NCBI RefSeq assembly: GCF_009914755.1
Contig: NC_060932.1
DNA from: the human T2T-CHM13v2.0 reference genome, Homo sapiens
Length of the DNA: 64,000 nucleotides
Direction: 5' to 3' (one strand)
The notes under the pieces: generated by a model
Databases searched by the model: none
What the model saw: only the letters and a program-made list of their open reading frames with translations
What the model was told of the DNA's origin: nothing
In this document: piece after piece, positions 1 through 17,767 of the stretch
How the letters are laid out: every line of letters begins with the position of its first letter
Position numbering within the stretch: position 1 is the first letter of the stretch
Translations under genes and position numbers: made by a program

Positions 1-300
1 TCTTCCTTCTATTTGCTCCGTTATCGAAAGTGGGGATTTTAAAGTCCACTATTCTTATTATAGTGCCCTCTAACTCCTTAAATTATGTCAATATTTCCTT
101 CCTATATTTTAAGGCTCTGCAGCTAGGTGTTTATATGTTTATAATTATTATATCTTCTTGATAGATTATCCTTTTTATCACTATATAATGCCCTTCTTTG
201 CCTCCTATAATGATTTTTGTCCTAAAATCTATTTTGTTTGATATTAGGGCAGCCACCCAGCTCTCTTTTCATTAATATTTGCATGGAATATCTTTTGATC
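1..300 (-). mobile_element. Old L1 (L1M-type) fragment
   Basis: T-rich sequence resembling antisense L1 ORF2 endonuclease region (e.g. 'ctttttatcactatataatgcccttctttg'); highly diverged, boundaries approximate. Confidence 0.55.
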
Positions 301-667
301 ATTATTCCTTTATTATTCTTTCTCTTCTGTTCTTTTAGTATTACCATTATATGTCAGCACATTATACATGTAGATCAAGTAAAAAAACTATTGACTCAAT
401 CAATAACTGAATGCTATTCGATACAAATTTACATCTATTTCTTATTGTAAATATAATGAGGTTAAAACTCTTTAGGAATAGAAGGATATTTTCTTAACTA
501 AAATATTGCCTGGAATAAATATTTATAGAATAAAACCAAAAAAATTTCTGAGTATTGTTCATATGTTTTAAAGAAAAAAGGAAAAAGACATAAATATTTT
601 AATAGTAATTAACTTCTGTGGGTAGAAAAAAACAGTTATCAATTCATTAAAAAAAAATTTCTGTCTA

Positions 668-990
<323 letters not shown>

Positions 991-1274
991 TTAAAATAGC
1001 TACTATATATTAATCAGAAGAACTTTCTGAAGAAAAAAGCAACTTCTTAGCCCATTCAAAAGATTGTGAGCTTGGTAGAATGTAATATCTTCAGTGCAGA
1101 GTGTTTTGTTACCTTAATCCCCATTTATATAGAACAGTGACAAACACATAATTTATGCTATGTGAATGAGTGCATAAAAGGTTGAATGAATAAATGAATA
1201 AATGAGGATAATGTAAAGATGGATTTTTACTAAAATGTATTCTAGCCCTTATGTAATATTAATTTAGAAATTGT

Positions 1275-1589
1275 GCATTTTCAAATGCACTCATACAAAC
1301 CAAAAAATAGCACTTATACAATTCAAACTGGCATAGGGACAAAGATCTGCAAGGTAACATTATATTATCAATCTTCAATAGTTATGTGTCATAGATAAGA
1401 TAAGTAGGTTTTGATGAAGGTTTTGCCTTGTAATGTTTTGGCATTTTCAAATAACCAAAAAATAGCACTTATACAATGCAAGCTGGCATAGGGACAAAGA
1501 TCTGCAAGGTAGCGTTATAGTATCAGTCTTCAATAGTTATGTGTCATAGATAAGATAAGCATGATTTGATGAAGGTTTTGCCTTGTAAT
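1275..1589 (+). repeat. Two-copy tandem duplication, period 155 bp
   Basis: 1298-1434 aligns to 1453-1589 with about 9 substitutions by eye; both units are preceded by gcattttcaaat. Confidence 0.9.
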
Positions 1590-2914
1590 ATTAACTATTT
1601 CCACTGGTTACCTATTGTATGGAATGGTTGCAGATCATGAGCAGAATTTTGGCAGAAATGACAAGAAAGACATTGTCTATCAATATTCTGTGCATGATAG
1701 TGAATGCTGATCCTTTATAACCATTTCAAATTTATAATCCAGATGAGAAAATTGAGGTAAATATGTTGGTTTAGGTTAAAACCAAAAATTGATATCAACT
1801 CTCAGTTGTTTTGTTTATGCTCCTGCATTTAAGGGAGGCTTTCTCAGGGTATTTTTTTAAATGATGCATTTAGCACAGAATATATAAAGATAAATAGCTG
1901 CATATTTATAGACTGTCATTGAGAGTATATATGTACATATATGTATAGAAAGTATAAACTACATAAATATAAAAAAATGAAGACAGAAGTACAATAGCTG
2001 AAAAATCATGATATGGAAATACAGAAGGCAGAAGACATGAAGTAATTATCTCATTATAATCAGTTTTCAGTATATTATAACTGTAGTACTGGGGATATTT
2101 CCTGGCATATTTAAAACGAAAGTAGAGTACTTGGGGAGAACTTTCAGATAAGAACATTAGCATTTATTAAATTTTAGAAAACAGGGTTGAAAGTTATTTT
2201 GGTTCAAAGGAAATATATAGGCAGTATCTCAAATGTTATGTGGAGGAAACAGTAAATTTATTTTAAACTCATAAAAACGATTGGTGGAGGTCATATTGAA
2301 TTAGAATTTGATGACTATAATAAAGAATTGCTCAAAAATTAGCACTCCTTAATATACAATAGGCTGCTTTGTAACATAGTGTCCTCAGCGAAGACTGAGG
2401 AAAAGCTATTTGCAAGGTGCTGTGGGTACCTTGCACCTGCACTAGAGTGAGCTCTGCGTCAGTGACCCCAAAGACTCTTCCTAATCTCAGATTCTGTCAT
2501 CTTCTTCTATAGGTTTTATTAGGTAGTTGACACTGTTCTTCTATTTTTCATTTTCCCTGTGGATATTTTTTAAAACATTTTTAAATGTTAACCCTTTACT
2601 TTTTAGTGTAGTATGACTTAAATAATGTTTTCAATCTATCAGAAAATTTTAGAGATGTTCTCATCCAAAGACGGCATACCAGACAAATGACTTCCCAAAT
2701 TTATTTCCATTACTTATAAAAACAGCTTTTGAAATCACCCAGCATGGGTGATTAGATCCTGATTATACCATGGCTTTGATTGTCCTCGTTTGATTCCCAT
2801 GATAAGTTAGGCAAGATTTATTACATGTATCAAATTGTCACAAGCTACAAAAACATCAAAAGAAATTGGTCTCAGTTCCTCTCAAAAGTCGCCAAGGAAA
2901 TGTTCTTGGGTATG

Positions 2915-3120
2915 GTATTAATTAGTTCTCTATTGTGCAGCATATAATTTTCCCAAAACTCAGTGGCTGAAAACAGCAACAATTTGTGGTTTCTCATGAT
3001 TCTGTATGTAGACTGGCCAGTTCTCCTGCTGGCCTCACCTGACGTGCCCATGTGGTGCATTCAGTGGGTAGGTCTGCAGATGCTGGGCTCAGCTGGGATG
3101 ATGGGAACCTAGGCTGTGTC
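2915..3120 (-). mobile_element. MLT1-type (ERVL-MaLR) LTR fragment
   Basis: 'cccaaaactcagtggctgaaaacagcaac...tctcatgattctgt' resembles an antisense MLT1 LTR end. Confidence 0.55.
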
Positions 3121-3848
3121 TGGTAGATATCCAGGGATATTGACTAGAATTTAAAAAAAACCAAAAAACCTGAGTTCTTATTTTGTAAATTAAAAAGAAA
3201 ATATGAAGAGAGACCTTGATAACATATAGTGATTAGCAGAAAATCAGATAATGTAGTGATACAGATTGCAGATTAAAGAAATTATTCAAAGAGGGTTAAC
3301 AAAAGTGCCAAAGTTTTGAAGAATCTGATACAAATATTGTTTTTTCCACTCCCTCATCTGAACTTCTCTCTCTTAAACCTAGGTTCCTCCATAGGCTTCC
3401 CCTGGGGAATGGTCTGTGAGGTAGCGGTCATGGGCCTCGAAGTGTTTTCTGGATTGATCACGGTTACTGTGTCTACTCTCTGCTGCTAGCACACTGGCAT
3501 GTTAGTAATTTTAGCTGATATCCCTGTCCCAGGTTCCCTTAAACCAAGAAGCTCAGATGAGGCAGCTGCGTTCATTTTTTTATTTTTAATTTCTAGATTT
3601 ATTTAAATCACAGAAGTAATATTTATTTATTTTGACAATGTAAAATATACAGACCTGTAGAAAGAGAAATAGTCTCCTTCACTTGTCTCCCATCAAATTC
3701 TACTCCCCTAGAAATAGTTTGTGTCTTTGTATATTCTTTCCTTTGTACACATTAGCAGATATGATATGGATGGGTTGGTTTGCTGTATAAAAGTGACCTT
3801 AAACTGTACCTATTCTTAAGCAATGTGTTTTTATTATTTTTAAATGCA

Positions 3849-4502
<654 letters not shown>

Positions 4503-5538
4503 AGGGTGAGAGCCAAGATGGCCAAATAGGAACAGCTCCGGTCTACAGCTCCCAGTGTGAGTGACGCAGAAGACAGGTGATTTCTGCATTTCCATCAGAG
4601 GTACCGGGTTCACCTCACTAGGGAGTATCAGACAGTGGGCGCAGGACAGTGGGTGCAGTGCACTATGCGCGAGCCGAAGCAGGACAAGGCATTGCCTCAC
4701 TCGGGAAACACAAGGGGTCAGGGAGTTCCCTTTCCTAGTCAAAGAAAGGGGTGACAGACGGCACCTGGAAAATCGGGTCACTCCCACCCTAATACTGTGC
4801 TTTTCCGACAAGCTTAAAAAACGGAGTACCAGGAGATTATATCCTGCACCTGGCTCGGAGGGTCCTACACCCACGGAGTCTCGCTGATTGCTAGCACAGC
4901 AGTCTGAGATCAAACTGCAAGGCAGCAGCGAGGCTGGGGGAGGGGCGCCCGCCATTGCCCAGGCTTGCTTAGGTAAACAAAACAGCCAGGAAGCTCGAAC
5001 TGCTTGGAGCCCACCACAGCTCAAGGAGGCCTGCCTGCCTCTGTAGGCTCCACCTCTGGGGGCAGGGCACAGACAAACAAAAAGACAGCAGTAACCTCTG
5101 CAGACTTAAATATCCCTGTCTGACAGCTTTGAAGAGAGCAGTGGTTCTCCCAGCACGCAGCTGGAGATCAGAGAATGGGCAGACTGCCTCCTCAAGTGGG
5201 TCCCTGACCCCTGACCCCTGAGCAGCCTAACTGGGAGGCACCCCCCAGTAGCGGCAGACTGACACCTCACATGGCCAGGTACCCCTCTGAGACAAAACTT
5301 CCAGAGGAACGATCAGACAGCAGCATTTGCAGTTCATGAAAATCCGCTGTTCTACAGCCACGACTGCTGATACCCAGGCAAACAGGGTCTGGAGTGGACC
5401 TCTAGCAAACTCCAAAAGACCTGCAGCTGAGGGTCCTGTCTGTTAGAAGGAAAACTAACAAACAGAAAGGACATCCACACCAAAAACCCATCTGTACATC
5501 ACCATCATCAAAGACCAAAAGTAGATAAAACCACAAAG

Positions 5539-6553
5539 ATGGGGAAAAAACAGAGCAGAAAAACTGGAAACTCTAAAAAGCAGAGTGCCTCTCCTCCTCC
5601 AAAGGAACGCAGTTCCTCACCAGCAACGGAACAAAGCTGGACAGAGAATGACATGACGAGTTGTGAGAAGAAGGCTTCAGATGATCAAACTACTCCGAGC
5701 TACAGGAAGAAATTCAAACCAAAGGCAAAGAACTTAAAAACTTTGAAAAAATTTAGACGAATGTATAACTAGAATAACCAATACAGAGAAGTGCTTAAAG
5801 GAGCTGATGGAGCTGAAAGCCAAGGCTGGAGAACTACGTGAAGAATGCAGAAGCCTCAGGAGCCAATGCGATCAACTGGAAGAAAGCGTATCAGTGATGG
5901 AAGACGAAATGAATGAAATGAAGTGAGAAGGGAAATTTAGAGAAAAACGAATAAAAAGAAATGAACAAAGCCTCCAGGAAATATGGGACTATGTGAAAAG
6001 ACCAAATCTACATCTGATTGGTGTACCTGAAAGTGACAGGGAGAATGGAACCAGGTTGGAAAACACTCTGCAGGATATTATCCAGGAGAACTTCCCCAAT
6101 CTAGCAAGGCAGGCCAACATTCAGATTCAGGAAATACTGAGAACGCCACAAAGATATTCCTCGAGAAGAGCAACTCCAAGACATATAATTGTCAGATTCA
6201 CCAAAGTTGAAATGAAGGAAAAAATGTTAAGGGCAGCCAGAGAGAAAGGTCGGGTTACCCTCAAAGGGGAGCCCATCAGACTAAGAGCGGATCTCTCGGC
6301 AGAAACTCTACAAGCCAGAAGAGAGTGGGGGCCAATATTCAACATTGTTAAAGAAAAGAATTTTCAACCCAGAATTTCCTATCCAGCCAAACTAAGCTTC
6401 GTAAGTGAAGGAGAAATAAAATCCTTTACAGACAAGCAAATGCTGAAAGATTTTGTCACCACCAGGCCTGCCCTACAAGAGCTCCTGAAGGAAGCACTAA
6501 ACATGGAAAGGAACAACCAGTACCAGCCACTGCAAAATCATGCCAAATTGTAA
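5539..6553 (+). pseudogene. L1 ORF1p, disrupted
   Basis: Starts MGKKQSRKTGNSK; frameshift near 5652 and later stops; C-terminal frame KRPNL...QNHAKL* intact 5993-6553. Confidence 0.95.
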
Positions 6554-6615
6554 AGACCATCAAGGCTAGGAAGAAACTGCATCAACTAACGAGCAAAATA
6601 ACAGCTAACATCATA

Positions 6616-10449
<3,834 letters not shown>

Positions 10450-10492
10450 ACAATGAGAACACATGGACACAGGAAGGGGAACATCACACTCT

Positions 10493-10526
10493 GGGGCCTG
10501 TTGTGGGGTGGGGGCAGGGGGGAGGG
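10493..10526 (+). other. L1 3'UTR polypurine tract, potential G-quadruplex
   Basis: ggggcctgttgtggggtgggggcaggggggaggg has five G-runs; a standard L1PA feature. Confidence 0.7.
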
Positions 10527-10712
10527 ATAGCATTAGGAGATATACCTAATGCTAAATGACGAGTTAATGGGTGCAGCACACCAACATGGCACATGTATAC
10601 ATATGTAACTGACCTGCACATTGTGCACATGTACCCTAAAACTTAAAGTATAATAAAATAAAATAAAATAAAATAAAATAAGAAATTCTAATAAAAAAAG
10701 AAAATTTGGTGC

Positions 10713-11237
10713 GTATACACAATGAAATACTATTTGGTCATTTAAAAAAAAAAAACAATGAAATCATGTCATTCTCAGCAACACGGTGAAACTGGAGGTT
10801 ATTATCTTAAGTGAAATAAGCCAGGCACAAAAAGACTAATATTGCATGCCCTCAGTTATATGTGGGAGCCAATAAAACTAATCACATGGAGGTAAGGGAT
10901 TGAAAGATAGATAACAGTGACTGGGAAGGGTGATTGGGGCATGGGGGAAAATGAGAGAAGTGGGCTAAAGGGTAGCATAAGCATACGGTAAGATAGAAGG
11001 AATAAACTCAATGTTTGATAGAAGAGTAGGGTGACTATAGTTAACACGAGTGTACTGTACTCAGTAGATGCACACCCTAAGTGTTGATTAAATATGTTCT
11101 CTATGTTGATATTATTATGATTAATTAATTAACATTGTTCACAAGCCATACAGTGACTTGATCACTACGTGTTATATACATGTAACAAAATTTCATGTAT
11201 ACCTTATATATTTGTAGAAATAAAAATAAAAATAAAA
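10713..11237 (+). mobile_element. Older L1MA-type 3' end, right part
   Basis: Continues the element split at 4502 (attatcttaagtgaaataagccaggcac; gatagaaggaataa); ends in an A-rich tail. Confidence 0.8.
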
Positions 11238-11437
11238 TGCACCATGGAAGTATCTTTATGGTAATATACTTAGATTTAACTTGCCCTTTTAAATAATTGT
11301 ATACAATGTGAATGGGAGATAATTTATTCAGCCATTCCTTTGTTGAAGGACATTTAGATTACTAACAGGGTTTTGCGGCCATGAAATATTTGCTAAAATA
11401 AACAAAGTCTTACACTTTCTGTGAAAATAAACAACGT

Positions 11438-11442
<5 letters not shown>

Positions 11443-11471
<29 letters not shown>
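11443..11471. repeat. (TA)n microsatellite
   Basis: Directly visible. Confidence 0.95.
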
Positions 11472-11473
<2 letters not shown>

Positions 11474-13395
11474 TGCTTTCATTTCTTTATGATGACTTTA
11501 CCAGACATAAGATTGCTAGGTCACAGGGTCGGTGCATTTTTCATCATAATAGATATTGCCAGATTACTTTTTAAAAAGGTGACAGAATGACATATTTCAT
11601 TAGTTGGAGACTATTTCCTATGTCCTTACCATATAAATATTTTTAAAATTTATTTTATTTTTATCAAAACATAATGGTACATGGTTTAAAAAAGTTTAAG
11701 TAGTACTATGAGATTTCTACCCAACTCGGCTCCTAACCTGCAATCACTTTCACCTCTTTTAGATGTTGCTTCTGGTTCCTAAATCTACACAATCAAACAT
11801 AAGGTTCTCTTCCTTTTTAAATTTGAGGCATTATCTCTTGACATCCTTCATACCTTGTGCTCCAAACTCTAACCCCCATCTCATCCTGGCCCTATAGTAA
11901 TGCAGTTATTTCAAATGTTGATTAAATATGTACTCTACATTGGTATTATTATGACTAATTAATTAATATTGTTCATGGTTGAGCCATAAGATGTCCAACT
12001 ATTCTAGAATTGACAGTTCTCTTGCTTTTCTGTTTGCTTTGTTTACTATGTACCCATCACTAATGCTTTGCCAAACCCTGCCCAAAGAATTAAACCTTCT
12101 CAATATGATCAGAGACAAGTAAACTTAACTTCTATTTTATAGTTATCCTTTATTTTAAAAATTTTTAGACTTCTCTTCTGTAGCCCTCTGTCCTCTTGCT
12201 CCCTGCTTGACTCATTGGTTTCTAGACTTTTTCTCAACTGCCTTTTGAGACTGTCTTTCACTATCTTCCCGAGAATTCCCTGTTCCTTTTCCATATTGGG
12301 AGAATGGGAGGTCACCTGTTTCCTGAAATCCAAGTCTTGCCATTTTTTGATTTACTTGTTCATTTTGGTAGAGCAACTCCAGTAGGAGCTTTCTGAAAAA
12401 CAATGCTTTTGCAAGATAAATTTTTCAGTCCTTCAAAGTATCCTAATTTGTTCCCTAGTTGGGTATACAGTTCTAAGAAGTACTCTATAGTTGGAATTTA
12501 GAAGGAATTGCTTCTTGTCTTCTTAGGCCAAGTGTTGCCTTTGAGAAGTCTGGTGTCAATTTGATTTGCTATTTTTGCCCCTGAAAAGTTTTACAATGTT
12601 TTCTTTATTGCCACTATTAAACCATTTTTTAAAAAAAATATGCCTCGACCTGTGCCCGACATTTAATGGGCCCTTTAAATCTGAAAAGCAATTAAGTTCT
12701 TATATTATTATTACTTTGACATTGTTCTCCTGGATTGAAGCTTTAATATTTAAATAGTGTGACATGTTGATTTTCTTGGCATTCCTCTGTTCAGAGACTT
12801 AGGTTTCAGTTTTCTTTGCCTTGCAAAATCCAGTTACCACTCATCCATCCATTTTGCATCTTCTCTCAAAATATATTGCTATTTCTTGCCTAATAATGTC
12901 TTCTACACTTGTTCAACTAATTCTTTGAGGAAAAAAATCCCTTCACTGTAATGTAATTTTAATGGGAATTTGAGGAGGACATGAAGATAAATACGTATAT
13001 TTAGCCTTCTATGAATGTCCTAAAAATATTTACTTAATAATTACCAGTTGCTGTTGAGGGAGTTAGTGCTTTTTTTAGGCTGATGACATAATACAAAATA
13101 CACTTTGCCTGTGTGTTTCTCCCTGTGTTATAGAAATGATTAGTTTTAAGTTAATACCTGAATTTTCTTTTTTCTATAAACTCCACCACACTTCCCTTTA
13201 CTTTTTCAGTTAAAATATTTTCTTTAAGCCTGGCTTCATATCTTCCCCTCTTTTTTCTCACAAGCAAACCATCTTCAAGATAAACACTTTTTATTCTATA
13301 CATTGATCTTGGTACAGTCTTTCACGTGATGATGAATAGTCAGTTTGTGTCATTATGTAGCATGCTTATGAAATTACCATTTTTTTTAAACATAG

Positions 13396-13524
13396 TGCCA
13401 AGGTCAGTAGAGCATCCAAAGTGGAACTGGAGGACTAAACCACAAAGCCGTGATTTTGATGAATTGAATCACATCCTTCAGGAGAGCAAGAAGCTGGGGA
13501 AAGCCCTTGAGAATCTCTCTCGAA
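13396..13524 (+). CDS. C8orf34: Internal coding exon (129 nt, phase 1-1) of C8orf34/VEST-1
   Basis: Acceptor ttttttttaaacatag| and donor GAA|gtaagt; encodes [42 protein letters not shown], recalled as C8orf34; splices in frame to the exon at 32730. Confidence 0.9.
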
Positions 13525-14634
13525 GTAAGTTCATTTACTTGATTATAATTGAAACTCCTAACCAATATTAAAGCCGAAGCATTCATTACTTGTGCCAATA
13601 ACCCATTTCTAACATCCTCATTCTAATTCTGCAAGAGGCTGAGTAGTTCTAAGGGCATGAGATTGGAAAGGAACTTGATTTTGCATATTATACAGATTCT
13701 TGGGTAGACTGATCACATGGAGTAGAAAGAGCTGTAGAACCCCTCATAGCTGTTTGGCTCCAACACTTGTACATGGTTTCTGTTATCCAGTTTAAATATG
13801 TGCCTAATAGTAGCTTCTTCATTCTTTTCTTTGGAAACATACTGTTTTGCATCTTTCTAATTAATAAACATACCCATTGCCTCTGTGAGTTTTTGATGTC
13901 TCTAAACTTCTTAAGGATGGTAACTGGACCAAATTCTTCTTAGAATCTTTTCAGAGCCTAGCACAATGCCTAGTGATTATTTTTTTTAATGAAAGCAACA
14001 TCTCTGTAATCTGAGGGCCTAGGTTATGGTTTTTCTCTGCCATCTATGACATAATTCATAATAAATCAGATAAATCATTTACCCTCCATGTGCCTTGGTC
14101 CGCTCATCTCCAAAGCAGAAAGACATGATTATGCCGCCTTCCTCTGCTAGGTGTGAAGGTTTAAAAATGATACATTTCAAGTAAAACCTTTTAAATAACT
14201 GCTATTGTTGTAAGAGTAGGCAATAAAATGATTATTTTGGTTTAATAAATTCATTTATATATGCAGCCATACGTATACACTATATGGTTTTAGTAGTGAG
14301 TTAAAAGTATTCCTACATTTTTTTGGTTCCCTTAAGTTTTTCTCAATTTTAAAAATTGGGCTCCTTTAGAAGCACATTAATGCCATGGCCTCACCAAAAT
14401 TTTCTTTTATTGCCATGGAATACTACAGAATTTTCAGTGGAAAGTAGTTAGAACACTAGCAAATTCTAGTGGATTATATTTTAGGATCTCTATTTTTATT
14501 TTAGATTGCAGAATCTTACTAATTTCATTATTTTTATCAAAGGCAAACATTGTCTTGGTATATTTTGAAAGAAGTTTATATATATATATATGCTTATATA
14601 TGTAATTATAATTATACATATTTACATTTGGTAT

Positions 14635-14636
<2 letters not shown>

Positions 14637-14668
<32 letters not shown>

Positions 14669-14669
14669 T
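14637..14669. repeat. (TG)n microsatellite
   Basis: Directly visible. Confidence 0.95.
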
Positions 14670-15270
14670 ACAGCTTTAGTTTTTTCACAGCTCTTCATTA
14701 GACCCTTCTATATTTTTGTGCAGTGAACCCCTTTCAGAAGTTAAGCTACCTTATCACAGGATCTTATGCTTTGCCATTAGTAAAAACCCTCTGAATGGGA
14801 TTCAAGGAAGCTCCACGTTTGGTTAAATTTCCTTTTGTAGAAAATAAGAGTAAAGTGAGTTTTTGGCTTATGATTATATTATGTTTATGAAAAGAGCCTG
14901 ATTCTCTTCATATGGCAAAGGCACATATTCGTATTTATGAATCTTACCATTTGGGGCAGAGCTTCAGGGCTCTTTATAGTCTCTCAATTTACCTAATAAC
15001 ATGAACTAAAAGAAGGATGATTGAAGAATGTGTCTGATCATTGTAAAGATTTTCAAATACATGGTCAATCAACTTTTGTCCTTTAAAATGTGACACCTGC
15101 CTTTCACTTGTTATACTGTTTTTAATTTGTAAAATAGTATTTGCTGTGTTCCCCCAAATTTTTAATATAGGGATTTGACTGCATTTCAATTATGTAGTTG
15201 CCCACTTTTGTAGCAGAAGTGTCAGAGTTCAAGCTGTGGACCAAGAAAACCTGGCTGTGGCCTTCCAGGT

Positions 15271-15634
15271 TGTCTTACCCTGTTTGGGCTGCTATAGCAA
15301 AATACTGTAGCCTGAGTGACTTATTAACAACAGAAATTTGTTTCTTATAATTCTGGAGGGTGGATGGTCTAAAATCCAGGTGCTGACACCTTTGGTATCT
15401 GATGAGGACCTGTTTCTTGGTTCCACAGATTGTATATCCTAGCTGTGTCCTCACATGGTGGAAGGGGCAAGGGAGCTCTCAGAGGCCTCTTTTATAAGGG
15501 CAGTAATCCCAATCATGAGAAAGGAGCCCACATGTCCTAATTACCTCCCAGGCTCCACCTCCTAACACCATCACATTGCGGATTAGAGTTTAGCTTATGA
15601 GTTTTGGGAGGACACCAACATTCAGATCATAACA
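15271..15634 (-). mobile_element. MLT1A-type solo LTR (ERVL-MaLR)
   Basis: TG...CA termini; perfect 5-bp TSD caggt at 15266-15270 and 15635-15639; typical gggctgctatagcaaaatac motif. Confidence 0.85.
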
Positions 15635-16628
15635 CAGGTGGAGCCTCACAACTGAGTCCAATGATCAGAAGCTAATGGGGGCCATGTTTAATACTTGCAG
15701 GCCAGCCTAGTAAAACAATAAAGACAGACCTTGGTCATCAGAGTAGAAGAGATACAGGTATAGGACATTACTCTTGGGATAAAATAAGGGCCAGAAAAGC
15801 TATATGTGACTCCATAGTGAGGCCAGAATGAAGTGTCATAGTCAACTCCTATAGATATAGTAGAAGGTTGTTTTTGGCTTCACTTAATGGTTTTAAGGGA
15901 CTCTACTGTTTTAGGGTATTCTGGTGGGATTTATGTGAGTTAAGAGGATGGTTGGTTACATAGGGAAGAATTGCTCTTTGACTATTTTTCTGAGCAAAAT
16001 TATACTTTCTTGGAATGACTTGAGTTTCTATGATTTTCTGAATCTGAGCTTTATTATTGAATTGTCTTAGGCACAACATGTTTACTACCAAGTTATCAAC
16101 ATGCCTGCCCTGGTCAGTACACATGAATACAAATGCAGCTTTACTGTTTGCTGATGATTGTTTATCAGTCTAGTTGCCCAGAGTTTAGCTATGTAATGGC
16201 ATTCCTACTTCCTCCAACTGGAACCAGGATGTAATTCATTTTTATTTGACTCTTATAATAGTTTCAGCTTGTTAACTCTTTTTCTATGATAGTAACTTTA
16301 TTACCCATTGTTTTAATTACTAGGAAGACATAGGGGATGGGATTTTCCTCCAGGTACCTTCATAAGGAATATTCCATGTTTTGACACTGTGGACCTTTCT
16401 TTCCAGTGGCATAATCATTGATGCAAAAGGCTGAAAGTTTTTAGTGATCTAATTTTAATGTAGTCACTGATGAGAATTCACTTTATCTTGGTTGTACGGT
16501 CTAAAAAAATCCTACATGTTTTAGAAGTATTATTTTTTTAGTTGAGATTGACAGCAAATAATCATTTATATCTCTCAAAATGATAGTTATTTCAGCTTAT
16601 CTACTGCCAGCTTTTAGAGACTTAAATG

Positions 16629-16629
<1 letters not shown>

Positions 16630-16666
<37 letters not shown>
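16630..16666. repeat. (CA)n microsatellite
   Basis: Directly visible, about 18 units. Confidence 0.95.
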
Positions 16667-16667
<1 letters not shown>

Positions 16668-17059
16668 CTCAAATAATACCAGGAAAGACTAGATAGTCTC
16701 TTCAGTTTGCAAACATGATTTCTGTTTCAGTAACAACTGTACCATGCTCTTTTTCTGGCTTTTTTTCAAACCTTTCAATGTAACATTTTATCTTAAAGTC
16801 AATCATAAACTGTGGCAATCTGCATGATATTGCTCTCTTGGAAAGGCAGACGTGTTAGAATGATTCCAACAGTGGCTTGTATTGCCACATAGTCATGACG
16901 AAGTAGGCATAGTGGGTTTTTGGTGCCTTGAGCCCTCACTTTGTAGCATTTCTATACTTTCCTCAAACATTACTTTTTTCTTCCCAGGAGCCTGGGCTCT
17001 TACCCATTCCTTCAAGTGTTTGCCCCCATCTCAATAGTCATTTACTGCTTCTTCTTTGA

Positions 17060-17290
17060 GGCCATGATGGAGTAGCTGTCTGATTCTTTACCTTCCTTTA
17101 AAGGGCACACCTGATTAGGTCAGAGCCATATAGAGTAATCCCCATTCTGATTTACTCAAAGTCTCCTGGTTAGTATTCTATTTGAGGGTGTGAAAACCCT
17201 TCATGCTCAGGAGGCCCACTCACACTCAAAGAGGAAAAGATGCAACAAAAGTGAATCCTGAAGGCCATCTTAGAATTCTGCCTGCCATAG
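17060..17290 (-). mobile_element. MLT1-type LTR fragment
   Basis: ttaaagggcacacctgattaggtcag...ccatcttagaattctgcctgccata resembles an MLT1E/F terminus. Confidence 0.55.
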
Positions 17291-17337
17291 ATATTATTAT
17301 TGCTAGTACTACTTATTCACTTATAGCATGCTTCAGC

Positions 17338-17655
17338 TAAGCATTTTCCAGTAGAAAAGTAATGTTTGCCAGGTATACGTTTTGTATTTTCAAACAGGCA
17401 CATTTAAAAAAGGCAAAAGGAAACGTGAAAACAATTGGAATAAAATGTTGTATTTAACCCAATATATCCAATTATTATGTTTCATTGTATTCCATATAAA
17501 AAATTTTCGAGATATTTTATATTCTTTTTCTCTCATTCTAAGTCTTCAAACTCTAGTGTAAATTTTAATTCACAGCACCTCTCGTTTTGGAACTAGCCAC
17601 ATTTCAACTGGTCAGTAGCCACAGGACAAGTGGCTACCATACTGGACATCACTGC
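17338..17655. mobile_element. MER33-like hAT-Charlie DNA transposon
   Basis: tatttaacccaatatatcca and ctagccacatttcaactggtcagtagccac...gtggctaccatactggac are typical of MER3/MER33. Confidence 0.7.
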
Positions 17656-17767
17656 TCTAACTAATGTTAACAAAAAAACCCCCACAAAATCTCTTCCCTT
17701 GAGATTAACTCCAGACATCATTGGTTTTCCTTCTTCCTCCTTCATACAATGTTTGAAAGAGTAGTTG

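Noticed and set aside
1275-1589. CRISPR-like or RNA-gene array
   Set aside because: Only two long units with no spacers, in human DNA
13326-13571. 81-aa ORF as a standalone gene
   Set aside because: It is the 129-nt exon read through into introns; splice sites bound the real coding part
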